DNA of 64,000 nt from Lepidodermella squamata (Eukaryota > Animalia > Gastrotricha): positions 558,001 to 622,000 of the forward strand of contig JBLDXI010000021.1 of the NCBI GenBank assembly GCA_047495785.1. Direction: 5' to 3'. The position numbers were made by a program, and so were the translations under genes. Below are positions 11,847 through 23,213 of this stretch, piece by piece. Position 1 is the stretch's first letter, and every line of letters begins with the position of its first letter. Under the pieces are notes generated by a model. That model worked only from the letters and a program-made list of their open reading frames with translations. It made no database searches and was not told the origin of the DNA.

Positions 11847-13939
11847 ATGTCCTCGAGGCAGCGGCCGAGCAGCGCGTCGGCTCGAGGCGGTGAAGTGGTG
11901 CCTCAAATCGAGAATGAACAACAACCCACAGTAAACACGTTGAATCTCGAAAACGGCGATCCAGATGAGGTTAGCAACTACCAGAACAGCGCGAATCTTC
12001 TCGGCGATTTCGGTTTCGTCGACGCCGATGGAATTTACGCAGCTGTGCGATGCGGTCTATGCGTCAATGAAATTATAAATCCGATAACAGGCGACACCTT
12101 ACTTCACGCCGCCGCTAAGCAAGACGCGCCCGAGTTGGCGATAGCGCTTTTACAATGTGGAGCGGACACTCGATTGAGAAATCGGCTGGGTCGAAGTGCA
12201 GCTGACGATTCCGGTCCGTCAGTTTCCGCGATTTTGCAAATTTTTCGACCCTGTCTGCCCGAAGCGTTGGATACCGCGAGTCCAGCTGTTCTGAGACACC
12301 TTTGCCAATCTCTCTGGGTGAATATTCACGCGATAATTCGAAATGGAGAGAATTCGATGCAAATTATTGCTGCCTCAAGACTACCGACTGCACCGAAATG
12401 CTACCGGGTTTTAACCGAATTTGCAGCGTTATCAGCTGTCATGCATTCCCTTATGGCTGGGGATGTGGGTGGGCTCGAAGGTTCCTTGCGAGACGGCGGT
12501 TTCTTGCCTCCTCGGGACGCTGATCACTTACACCGGATACATCAATGCCCGCCCGGTCCTGATGGTCGCACTTTATTGGCTGTCGCCCTTGACCGAGGTG
12601 ATCTTGCTTCCGCTAAGTTGTTATTAGACGCCGGCGCTTCTTCCCGTGGCAGGCAAATGGCATATACAGCCCAGCGGATACCCGACTCACCCTCTACAGC
12701 GTCGACTCAGTCGAAACCATTAGCGTGGAGTGCATTGCGTGGGCTGGATTTGAATGCTTCAGCTCGAGCTACGGACAGGACTGATGAAGCCGCTGCGTCG
12801 TCGAGTTTTCAGAACTCAGACCTCGTCCCTTCAATCGACTCGAGCGAGGCACCGATGGATTTGATCCTGGAATACGACCCTGTTGCCCTACTCACACAAA
12901 GGGACAGTTCATCTAATACAGTGAGTTTATTTGAGCCCTTCGAAATTCTGATTTAATTATTTTTCCTCGTAAAGACTCTGCACGCAGCCTTGGCCAGCAA
13001 CTGTGATTTGGCCAAGTTGACATGGTTGATTGAAAGAAGACCAGCCTTGTTGGCAGAACGAAATGCGCAAGCTCAGTGTGTAAGGGAGCTAGCGGCGATT
13101 TTGTATCGCCAAGACGCTTTGCATCTGTTTGAAAGCGTTGTCAGAGACTCGATAGGGACCGGCCGTAATAGCCTCATTTCTATGCTGGCTTGTCGGGGTC
13201 ATGGCGAGTGTTGCTTGAAAGAGACACGAATTCTCGCCGACGATGCTCGTTCTCAAACTGGGGAGCTGGCCGCAATCGCCGCTCAGTGCGGTAGCGATCT
13301 TGAACGGTCTATATTATGTACCGAGGGTGGTTTAAGTCGTATCGAATCGATTGGTCGCGATCACTTGCGCATGTGTGCCGACGGGAATCTCAAACTTGTT
13401 CAGAAAACGAATTTCGCAGCCTTTCAGGAAGCTTCCACTGGCTGCACTGGTTTAATCGCTGCTATAGCTGGCGAGCATGTTGACGTTGTTTCTTATTTGC
13501 TGGCTACAAGAGGGCCAGAACTGACTAGGATGCCTGATAACAATGGTAGCTTATATTATTCCAAATATTTTTATGAATACATGTTGCTATTCTTTCAGGA
13601 CGGTACCCTTTACATTATGTTTACGCGTTGATGCACCAAGAGGGCAACGCCAACGAAGAAAATGTGACTAATGAACCTGTAGAATCACCAAGAGATGAAG
13701 TCAATTATTCAAAACCGCACATGGCAATGGCGAGGCTAATTTCGAAGTGTGATCCTACTTGCTGGTCATTAGAGGACAGTCTTGGTCGCAAGCCGATCGA
13801 TATGACCAAAATCAGCCAATCGCCCGAGGCGAAAAATATGTAAGCTCGCTTTCTTGGCTGTTTATTTTGATAGTGTTGGTTAACTTTTTCCAGGCTCTGG
13901 GCAGGTTGGATGGCTGGTAGAAGCACCAGTGCTGCTTAA
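11847..13939 (+). CDS. Ankyrin-repeat protein, 4 exons
   Basis: Ankyrin motifs GDTLLHAAA...LLQCGAD, GRTLLAVA...LLLDAGA, GCTGLIAAI and GRYPLHY. Three ~55-nt GT-AG introns give a continuous frame ending ...STSAA* (TAA 13937-13939). Confidence 0.75.
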
Positions 13940-14839
13940 CCAAATTGATCTCGTTATCCAACAGATGATTTTGCGTTCCTTGTGATTTGATGACTCGTTT
14001 TTGGACGTGTTTTAGTGAATGATCTTCCGTTTACCGCAATTCATGACGCGATTGCGAGTTGTGAGCCATGATGACAACTTTTTTATGAAATAGTTATGTG
14101 AAAAATTTTAATTTAGAATTTATTTCTGCGGTCTGTGATAAATATTTAATACGCGACTGTGTTCTAATTTTGATATTACCCTGTTTTATGCACTTGTCGA
14201 TAATGAGCGCCAATAAATAATGAATGGTGAACAACTTTACTCACTTTGGAACATATCTTTTGGCTGACATCAGGGAAACACGATTAAATTGTAACACAAC
14301 GCCAATTCACTTAGGAAAGCCGATACCCTTTGCAGGTCGGACTTGGCAAATGGGAAGCCAATCCCATCCTACATCGCTTACACATTAGCATAACGTGAAA
14401 AGAAGCACTGGACATTGGATAAAAGTCTGCTGGTTTTTAACTTCACGAACGTGTTTTCAAATCGTGGAAAAAAGCTGATCAGAAAGTCGTATAATGGATA
14501 ACTTTATACGCGATTAATCATCTCAGCTTAAGCTACCTATTTGTGATCGCTTTATACTTTGTACCGAAGGGCCATAATAACGCCGTGACCGACCTGCACG
14601 AGCGCGAAGGAGATCATCCATTGCATGAAAACCTCATCGGTGTTGAAAACAAACGAATTCAAATTACGGAATTCGTATTTGACAGAGCTAATTAGTGTCC
14701 ACTTGAAAAATTCGCATTATCGGAAGTCGAGATAATAAAGCGATGTGCATCACAATATCATCTATTAAAAATGAATCACGCGCAACGTCAAAAAAACGCG
14801 TTCATGCGATGTGGCTTTCCGGATCAGCCCGTTAACATT

Positions 14840-15099
14840 CAATAATTATTCCACGTTTCCCCGCTTTCCCGCGGGAGAGTTGGGCTGTATTGCTGAATGC
14901 TTTTGGGCGCCCGCCTTTCCCGGATTTTTGTATTGCTATTTTCCCGCGATTCCCAGAAAATCCGAGCTCGTCCGCAAAAAAACACGGGCGAATAAAAAAA
15001 TGTGCTCATTGCCCGCCCAGCCCGGATTTTTTTTATTATTTTCCCGGGAATTCCGGCGGGCTGCCCCGGGCGAGGCGGGGAATAAAAAATAACACCCAA
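14840..15099. repeat. GC-rich degenerate repeat, probable decayed non-autonomous element
   Basis: Imperfect ~45-bp direct repeat (GCCCGCC...CCCGGATTTTT...ATTTTCCCG) at about 14909-14953 and 15011-15054. Weak inverted ends TTATTCC.../...GGAATAA. Confidence 0.35.
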
Positions 15100-15568
15100 T
15101 GAGTTTTCTCTGGTTTTCTTTGGTGAATTTTTCAGTTAATTCGCGGACTGCTCCGTCCGGAAAATGCATCTAAAAACAAAAACGCTCGTTCGCGCATCAA
15201 ATGATTGTGATCTAAAATCGAATTGCGTTTATTGCAGCGGCCGATAACCCCACAGAAGCTGCAAAATTCAGCTGGCTGAGTCTTGAATTAGTGGGTGAGG
15301 AGCTCAGAACCTCCTGCCAACTTTTTCCAACACAGGAACTCCTAGAAAGAAAGCTAAAAGCCGCACTGACGCTGGCTGGCAGAAAAAGCTCCGCGAAGTT
15401 CATGGGCTAAAAAAGCTGCAGCAAAATTGTTGTGATATACACAAAATATAATATGTAAAACGTTTTTTATTTTATTTTCATTATCAAATTTGTAAAAAAT
15501 ATTAAGTACTAATTTTTTGGCGCGAACGTCTTTTTGAATTGTCTCGTGCATTAGATTTCCCGCGTTGA

Positions 15569-15797
15569 TGTTGGGGCCCGAGCGCGAAACGTGCCCGAAC
15601 GCGTTCGGGTATACCCGAGCCCGACCGGGTAATAGCGTTTTGCCCGTCCGCACTCGGGCCATTTCAAAAGCAGCCGGTATGCAGCGTTTACGTTAAATAG
15701 ATGAAAATGAAGCAAATCCCGCATGAGTGGACACGGGTAGGAGCAGGTGTCAGCCCGAGTACGGCTGAGAGAACAATAGAACGAACGGCGCATTGTT
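15569..15797 (+). repeat. Left terminal inverted repeat of the Ginger element
   Basis: Reverse complement of 20937-21165, with one mismatch by manual comparison (228/229). Confidence 0.95.
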
Positions 15798-16354
15798 CTG
15801 CGCGCGATCATACTGTTATACTTCTCCGGGCTTGGGCACCGTTGATGCCTGAGTCCGACTATCGACTACCATAATAGCAGGGCGCGCCATGCTTATAAAA
15901 ATGTTTAAAGAAAAGGCAGCATTTTTAGTGAACCAAGGCGGCAAAGAAACGGTCGCATTATTTTTATTTCCTATTTAAAAAACCAGTCAAATCTCGCAAA
16001 TTCCACCGATGCTACAACAGGACAAACGATTGTCAAAGACTAGTAATATGAGATAAATACTAACATTTAAAATTATATTTTTTGTGATTTTTCCAGGGTT
16101 TCTCAGAAATGATGTTATATATCAAGTAAAATGTACAACAATATTTTCCGATTTTCATATTTGTTCATATAACATGATTATTACAACAAGCACAACAAGC
16201 ACAATACATATAAATTTTTCCAGAGAGTCACATGATTTATGGTAATTTTTAGCTGTAGAATTTTTTAACTTGAATTTGTAGAAATATTACATGGGAGAGC
16301 GATATTTATATACATTTAATTTACAAGAAAAATTAGTTCACAGAAAAATATAAT

Positions 16355-19064
16355 CTAATGAGCACTTTTGTTACAACACGAAGCGGCCTTGTGGCATCGT
16401 GATTGGCACAGCCGGTTATTGCCGCGACAGACGCAATGCCCATTTTTGCAACCCGTTTTGCAATTGCACGGCTTCTGCTGCTTAATGCCGGCCAATTCAC
16501 CCGTCTTCAATGCCGATGAACGCAGGGTGACAGCAGTTTGAGGCACATCTTCGACGCGCAAGCTAGTTGACGTTATAGGCTCCAGCTGGTGCCGCAAGAC
16601 GCTGCGAGTCAAAATTCCATTTGCCGTTCCGATGACGTAGTCACCGTGGTCGTTCTGTTTCATGACGACGCCGAGCTCGCGCCTGGGGTCGGTGTGATGG
16701 CGATCTTCTTTAGGCACTGCAACAGCAACTTGAGTGCCAACAGGCAGTGGCGGGTGCTTCTTAGCCGTCGATTTCAACATTCGATCGGCCTGTTTGCTCA
16801 AGTTAGAAGCCGCTAATTCTCGGGCAATTTCTTGTTTCTGTTTGTGCTGACACAGGTCGCAAATTTGCCGGTGTGTTTCGCGGCTGTTGCAGCTGATACA
16901 AAGTTTCAGGCTGCTGGTTGAACTTGACGCCGAAACGAGTTGTACATAGTCAGCCGGGCCAGTGGTTTCTTCAATCACTGCGTGATCGCTGACTGGCAGT
17001 GCAGTAGGCGCGCTGTAAGCCAGGTCGTCGCCGACAAACATGTCGCCGTAGTCATGCGAGACGGGTTGCGATTCAGAAGATGATTGAGCCGGCTCGTTCT
17101 GAAGGTCAATGTTCGGTGCCGATGATGCCTGCAGTGGTGGGCGGCCGGTGTTAGCAGAGGTGGCTGTTACAGAGACGCTGGGACCAGCGACTTGAACAAG
17201 AGCTGTTTGATCGGCATTTCCATCAGCCGCCCATGATTGAAACACGCCGGCTAAATTCGATTGAACCAAGGGCAAGAACTTTGGCGCAGACTTGGCCGGC
17301 GTGGCATCCAAGTGCAACACTTCTTCCTCGTCGAAATCTTCAGAGTCCAAATCTGATTGGTCATCATCTGAAAAAAAAATTATCGAGTAATTAGTAATAA
17401 TAATGATGAAGATTGAAAAATTCGATGGAATTTACGAATTTTTGAAAATTTTGGAAAATTTTTGAAAATTTTTGAAAATTTACGAAAATTTAAGAAAATT
17501 TTCAAAAATTCGAATTCGAATTTGAATCTTAAAAAATTTGTCAACAAAATAATAGCGAAACCTAGATTGAGATTGAACATACCTAGATTGAGCACGCGCT
17601 TCAGGTCTTTTTCGTTCTCGATGGTGGGAACAACGTCGAAAGGCAGTCCGGGAACAGAGTAGGCACCTAGGCGAGGCGGAATGCCGAAGAGCGCCTGATA
17701 AGGTGTGCAACCGAGGCCCACATGCCACGTGGTGTTGATCGCGTGCTGGATGAGCGGCAGCTTAGCGGCCCAAGACCAGGTGCCAGTGTCGAGCTGAATA
17801 GCCAACACGGCATCATCGATCTTCTGGTTGCACCGTTCAACGCTGCAAAAAAATTACCCTGAATGAAAAAAATTTAAAAAAAATTACACCCAACTAACCA
17901 TCCTTGAGATTGACTATGGCGCGGTCGGCCATGAATGACCCGGCCGCTCGGGTGCAATTCGTTGACGCGCTTAAGCAGACGCGAGTTGGAAAATTCTGTT
18001 CCGTTGTCAACCTAGAGCCGAAAATGGAAAAATTAAAAATTAAAATTAAAATTACAATTTTGTCCTAATTTGGAAAGGGTAAAGTGAAAACAATCACTCA
18101 CGTGTAAAAGGGTGGGACATCCTATGTTGCAAAAAATGTCCACCAACGCGTTCGCAACTTCATCCATCGACTTGGATGTTAACGGGCGCAAACAGCAATA
18201 CTTAGTGAGCAAATCGATGAAGCAAAGAATATGGCAGTAGGGCGTATCCGGGTTTGGATGCGAGTTGTCTTCCTTTAACTGCATATCTGAGACATTCAAA
18301 AGTACAGATGAAAAATTAATTCGGAAAATTCAGGAAAATTACAGATGAAAAATTATTTGGAAAATTTAGGAAATCTGCCGAAAAAAATTAGTTAGGAAAT
18401 ACGACAAAACTGAAGAAAAATTAATTAGGAAATATTTAGAATAACTAACCGATCAAGTCAGCCTGGCATCGCTCGAGGAAATGCTTAGGCCTCGATGGCC
18501 TCACCACGGTTTTGGTTGTCTTCGGTTTCTTGCGACGATCGCATTGTTCGCAACATTTCACGAAGATGTCGCAAACCTGCCGAGTGATGTTTGCGCAGTT
18601 TGCCTTGAGAGCCTCGTAGGTACGGCGGGCACCGCGGTGGTTTTGGCTGTGAGCCGCTTGAATAATCTGGACAAAAGCGAAAAAATAACATAGCATTAAT
18701 TCAGAAGACAAGTATACCCAAGCCGGAAAAATAGTTGCAAAAAATGGAATAACGGCGAAAATGAGAAAACAGCGCAACTTACGTCATAAAATGATTCGAT
18801 CGAGTAATAGAAGGCAATCGAACCGTCTTTATCGTACATTTTACGATCGATGAGACGATCGACGCCCTCAACGGTGTAGAGGCGGTACCGGTTTTCACGC
18901 CGCCGCTCAAGGGAATTTAACTTCTTGGCGGCTCGCGTCTCCTCGATCCTTTTGTCGAGTTCGGCCCTGTCAAACAGGGAGTGATTGTCGCCAGCGTTTT
19001 GCCGCAGCTTGCGAACTTCGACCATAAAACGGTCGCGCCGATCATCGACAGCATCAGCGGCCAT
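16355..19064 (-). CDS. Ginger integrase/transposase (KRBA2/SCAND3-like), 6 exons, 689 aa
   Basis: Exons 19064-18783, 18666-18450, 18286-18102, 18011-17899, 17842-17583 and 17367-16355; all introns GT-AG; 2070 nt open. Contains an HHCC finger (H..NH...CEQC), a DDE triad (ADLIDMQ, VDNGTEF, SQGCVER), TPY..LFG and a C-terminal CxC cluster (CNCKTGC...CQSRCH...C.NK). Confidence 0.9.
17425..17540. repeat. AT-rich ~10-bp tandem repeat (TTTGAAAATT-like) in transposase intron 5
   Basis: Directly visible repeat units. A similar GAAAAATT array occupies intron 2 (18287-18449). Confidence 0.7.
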
Positions 19065-19258
19065 CAACAAAAATTCGAAGTAAAAAAGTCCTAAGAAAAG
19101 AAAGACAGCAATTTTTTCATACAGTTCATTAAAAAAGGCAACAACACAACAAAGGGCAAGTAAAAGTCACAAGATATATAATAGTTTCTGGCCATCAGCC
19201 ACACATGTTGTACCTACGTGGAAAATATTAATTAAAAAAACAGAAAAAAATCTCGATA

Positions 19259-19654
19259 TCATAGGGTAGGCTGGTCGAGTTCGGGCATCTCCGGCAGTTC
19301 GATTTCCGGCAATTCCGGCAATTCGTTTTCCGGATTGCGCTGTTCCTCGGCGAGGCGGGCTTGACGGGCAATTTTGGCAGCGCGCTCTTGTTCGGCTCGA
19401 CGGGCTTGACGGGCAACTTGTCGAACGCGCTCTTGTTCGGCAAGGTGAGCAAGCTCGGCCTCCTCCTCCGGGTCGACGCGGTCGGGTGCAGGGAAAATCA
19501 CCCTGATGTTCTGGCCAATCACCCAGTACACCCCTGGGATGCTAGGGTCAGCCACGGCCGGCATCCAGGAAACGCCGTCAAGCAGTTGCACCTCGACCTC
19601 GACGATGGACTGGTCGAGCAGCTCCGCATCGGCGATAGACTGGTTCAATGACAT
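19259..19654 (-). CDS. Second (accessory) ORF of the Ginger element, 131 aa, unknown function
   Basis: ATG-started GC-rich ORF within AT-rich flanks, on the same strand as the transposase. Contains 15-aa repeats (AEQER...ARQAR) and an acidic ELPE-repeat tail. Confidence 0.6.
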   Translation of the reverse strand: MSLNQSIADAELLDQSIVEVEVQLLDGVSWMPAVADPSIPGVYWVIGQNIRVIFPAPDRVDPEEEAELAHLAEQERVRQVARQARRAEQERAAKIARQARLAEEQRNPENELPELPEIELPEMPELDQPTL

Positions 19655-20936
19655 TATAGAATTAGATTAGAAATATTCGAAAAAATCTAAATAAAAACCG
19701 TGAATAAATCAAATTAATTAATTAAGGATTAAGGATTTGATTAATCAAGGAAAGATAAGGAAAAAATGTTGAATATAAAAATCGACTAAGTTTTGAGGGT
19801 TCAGGTTTTAGCGACATTTAAGGCTTACACTTGAAACCGAGGATAGAAAAATTACGAAAAACAATTTTAAGTGAATACGGATGAAAATACTAGTAAAATT
19901 AATTAGCGAATAACACTAAGGAAAAATGAAAGGCAGGCATATAAAAGGTACCCTCGAGAAAATCTATCGTGTAAATCGCGTTGTTCATTCGAAAAAATAA
20001 TGATAATAACAATAGGGCAAGGTTGGAAACTAAAAGTTCGGTTATAAATTGGGGCTATATTTTAACCTATAATTAACTTCAAACCTGGCATAGTGAGAGC
20101 AAAAAAAGTAAAGTTTTTCATGGAGGACTGAAGTGAATGAATTGCTAAGATAATTCAAAATTTAGGAGTTCTAAGAAAGCCCCTTTTCTAAAACCGGCCT
20201 AATTAAGGAGGCTTGAGCTGTGCGAGTATAATAAATAAACAATAAGAAATAAATGAACATATTAACCAAGCGTCCTGCAACGGGTAAATAGTTGCCAGAG
20301 TAAATGGAAAAAAAATTCTGCAGGTATTACTTAGGATGATGGGGTCAACATACGACTTGGTTATTTCTGAAATAACGGGACTAGAATGAACGATGTTAAG
20401 CTAAACTGCGTTCCAAATTAAGAACGTTTTTTCCGCATTAAATCGGAATACTGAATACGAAATACTTCGAAATATTGGACTACCTCGAGTTGCGTGAGAG
20501 TAGTTGAGATCCGTGTCCTTTCACGCGCCGTCAAGGACCCTGGAAGGCGCGCGGACGGGCTCGCCTATGTTGAGCGGCGGAATGCGTGATCAACCAAAGA
20601 CGCGCCACGCCGCTGCCTATAATCTAATTTATCACGAATGACATCAGATGCGTCCGATTAACGGCAATTTCAAACAGCTTACTGCAACTAAGTGTCTCAT
20701 CAGCACGCAAAAACGGCTACTACCTGAGTCAATCAGAAAAATTGACCAAAGAATAAACAAAAATTCCAGTCATTTCATTCTTTTATTTTAACAAAAAAGA
20801 CATGGAAAAATTATGATAAAAATGACGATATAATAAAGACGAGCTGAAGTAAATAATTAAGTGTGGCGCGCCCTATTTTTACATGTCGGACTTGGGTAAA
20901 TTGCTATCCCGAGTGCGGAATCGTCTCCAGAGTGAA

Positions 20937-21165
20937 AACAATGCGCCGTTCGTTCTATTGTTCTCTCAGCCGTACTCGGGCTGACACCTGCTCCTACCCG
21001 TGTCCACTCATGCGGGATTTGCTTCATTTTCATCTATTTAACGTAAACGCTGCATACCGGCTGCTTTTGAAATGGCCCGAGTGCGGACGGGCAAAACGCT
21101 ATTACCCGGTCGGGCTCGGGTATACCCGAGCGCGTTCGGGCACGTTTCGCGCTCGGGCCCCAACA
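20937..21165 (-). repeat. Right terminal inverted repeat of the Ginger element
   Basis: Reverse complement of 15569-15797. Ends ...CCCCAACA, followed by the TSD TTGA. Confidence 0.95.
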
Positions 21166-21967
21166 TTGACATTTTGAGGTACTTTTCGTCTGCGGTACGT
21201 CTCGCGTCTCACGTCTCACGTCCGCCTTACCTGAGTTGTTCCAGGCGTTAACCTGAGGCGGAGAACTCTTGTTTCTTTATTGACGATTAGGGATAAGTCA
21301 AAAGTTCTCCGAGACTACAGTACCGGAAAAAGTTTTGCATGTGTCCTTTTTTAAGTCTAAATAGAAAAATCTACCTCTGACTTCTGAGAACTGAGGCAAT
21401 GAAAATTGACGATACTAGCTACTAGCATCGCCTTGTTTTCACACTTACTACTTACCCCCGCGTTTTCTCTATATCAGTGTCCTCTAATAAGAAATAAAAA
21501 ATTACGCTTGCCTCCTTTTTTCCCTGAACTTCCGACGATAACTCTTTATTCTTTATTCATTATTGGATGGGAGAAGGAACTTATGCCATTTCCCTTCTGC
21601 CTCGTTTCATGGCTCTAGCTCTGCATACATATGTTTTTGGTTTCAAGTTATAGCTTTTAACCTTTTTATTATCCTGTTGATCTAGATTCCTATAAGCTGC
21701 AGTTAACCTCTTTTCCCCCACATCCTCTCTTTGTTCAACGTGAGATTAAATTGACCTCGTTACATGGTGGGCTCTCGGGGCCCCTGTTCTAGTTGAACGG
21801 TTAACATTTCATTCACCAGTTTGAGCTATCATCCTTATCTAGTGCATTTGGAGCCTTAGACTGCCTTCAACTTTGCAGCATGCAAATATTTATATATTGT
21901 TTATTTTGAATGTTACAAGATCAATAACTTTCTTTCGTAGACCTGCTTTGAATTTACGATCATTACA

Positions 21968-22966
21968 ATGGCCGAAATCGAGACTGACTCTGCACCTGCG
22001 AAACGTGGCCGGGGAAGGCCCCCGAAGGGCGCCGCAACTCCCAAGAAATTGGCTGATGCCGCTGCCACTAGCGACTCACCAGCCGACGAAAAGACTGAAA
22101 ATACCTCACCGAAGAAAGGCGGCGAGGGAGAAGCTAAGCGTGGCCGCGGTCGCCCGCCGAAGGCAAAGGCGGTTGCAGAGGAGAACGGTGCTGCTAATAA
22201 CGCGAATCATGAAGACAATGGACACGAAGTCGCTGCCAAGAAGGAAGAGAGCTCTGGCCCACGCAAACGTGGTCGTCCGTCAATGAAGGCGAAAGCCGCA
22301 AAAGAGGATAGCGGCAACGAAGACGAGTCAAGCACGAGCTCTGAAGACAGCGAAAAGGAAGCTCCGTTGCCTAAGAAGCGCGGAAGGCCATCGATGAAAG
22401 CCAAAGCGCAGGAGAATGGCAATGATGATGGGAATGATGACACCGGAGAAGCTCCCGCTCCCAAGAAGAGAGGACGGCCATCTCTAAAAGGTAAGGCCCC
22501 GGCGGCAGCCAAACCCGCTGCTTCCAGCGAATCGATTGATTCAGCTGCCCCTAAGCGGGGTCGGGGTCGCCCACCGAAGAAGGCTGGCCTCGATGCTGTT
22601 GATGCTGCTCAAGAAGATGATTCTCCTGTTGCCGACGATTCTCACGCTGATAAACCGGTTGCTGTTGAACCTGCTGAATCAGCTATTGAAAAACCAGCAG
22701 AAGATACAGTAGCTAAAGAGCCCGAACCTGTTTCCAATCCGAGCGCTGAAGCTATGGCTGTCGACGCGCCTGTCGAAGAGAAAAAATCTGAAGAAGCGCC
22801 AGTCAACCAAACAATTGAACCCAGCAAAACCGAAGAAACGACCGGCTCGGGTAACGAGACCGATGCGACAGCGCCGGCTGGAAATGAGTCGGACAGCTCG
22901 ACATCTACCAACTCGACTAACAGCGAAGTCGCAGCGCAGATTAGCGCCCCCGCTCCCTCCGACTAA
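21968..22966 (+). CDS. Multi-AT-hook chromatin protein (HMGA/D1-like)
   Basis: Six AT-hooks (3x KRGRGRPPK, 3x KRGRPS[ML]K) and an acidic low-complexity C-terminal third. Intronless. Confidence 0.85.
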   Translation: MAEIETDSAPAKRGRGRPPKGAATPKKLADAAATSDSPADEKTENTSPKKGGEGEAKRGRGRPPKAKAVAEENGAANNANHEDNGHEVAAKKEESSGPRKRGRPSMKAKAAKEDSGNEDESSTSSEDSEKEAPLPKKRGRPSMKAKAQENGNDDGNDDTGEAPAPKKRGRPSLKGKAPAAAKPAASSESIDSAAPKRGRGRPPKKAGLDAVDAAQEDDSPVADDSHADKPVAVEPAESAIEKPAEDTVAKEPEPVSNPSAEAMAVDAPVEEKKSEEAPVNQTIEPSKTEETTGSGNETDATAPAGNESDSSTSTNSTNSEVAAQISAPAPSD

Positions 22967-23213
22967 CACTCAGTATATCTTGTCAAATTAAATTGTTCAT
23001 TCGCCATTTGATTCGAATGTACCTAATCTTTTGATTACCTATGAATATTAGTGTAGAATATGCTTTGTGCTCCGGTTTTGTTACACATGCTTCTAACGTT
23101 TTGAAGAAGCCTCGAAGTCGTCGAGTTGTTTTGTTTCTCTTTTGTTTCATTTTAGTAAATTTGGACGACTTGAGTGTAAATGCTTGTTTTCGTTTATAGT
23201 GATTTTTGTTGAA

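Larger units (their letters stand above)
15569..21165 (-). mobile_element. Full-length Ginger-superfamily (Ginger2/TDD-like) DNA transposon, 5597 bp
   Basis: Termini TGT...ACA, 229-bp TIRs, 4-bp TSD TTGA (15565-15568 and 21166-21169) and an internal retroviral-integrase-type DDE transposase. No LTRs, RT or gag. Confidence 0.92.

Noticed and set aside
14811-15403. Several overlapping short ORFs
   Set aside because: They arise from GC-rich repeat and homopolymer runs and have no protein-like motifs.
15159-15560. Weak inverted similarity (CAAAAA..CGTTCGCGC) suggesting an older element beside the Ginger
   Set aside because: Too degenerate; no definable termini or TSD.
15551-15811. Near-identical small ORFs at 15551-15811(-) and 20863-21177(+)
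   Set aside because: They are translations of the two TIRs, not duplicated genes.
16355-19070. Fragmented integrase as a pseudogene or LTR-retrotransposon relic
   Set aside because: GT-AG introns join all pieces into one open frame; the ends are inverted repeats and no RT, RNase H or gag is present.
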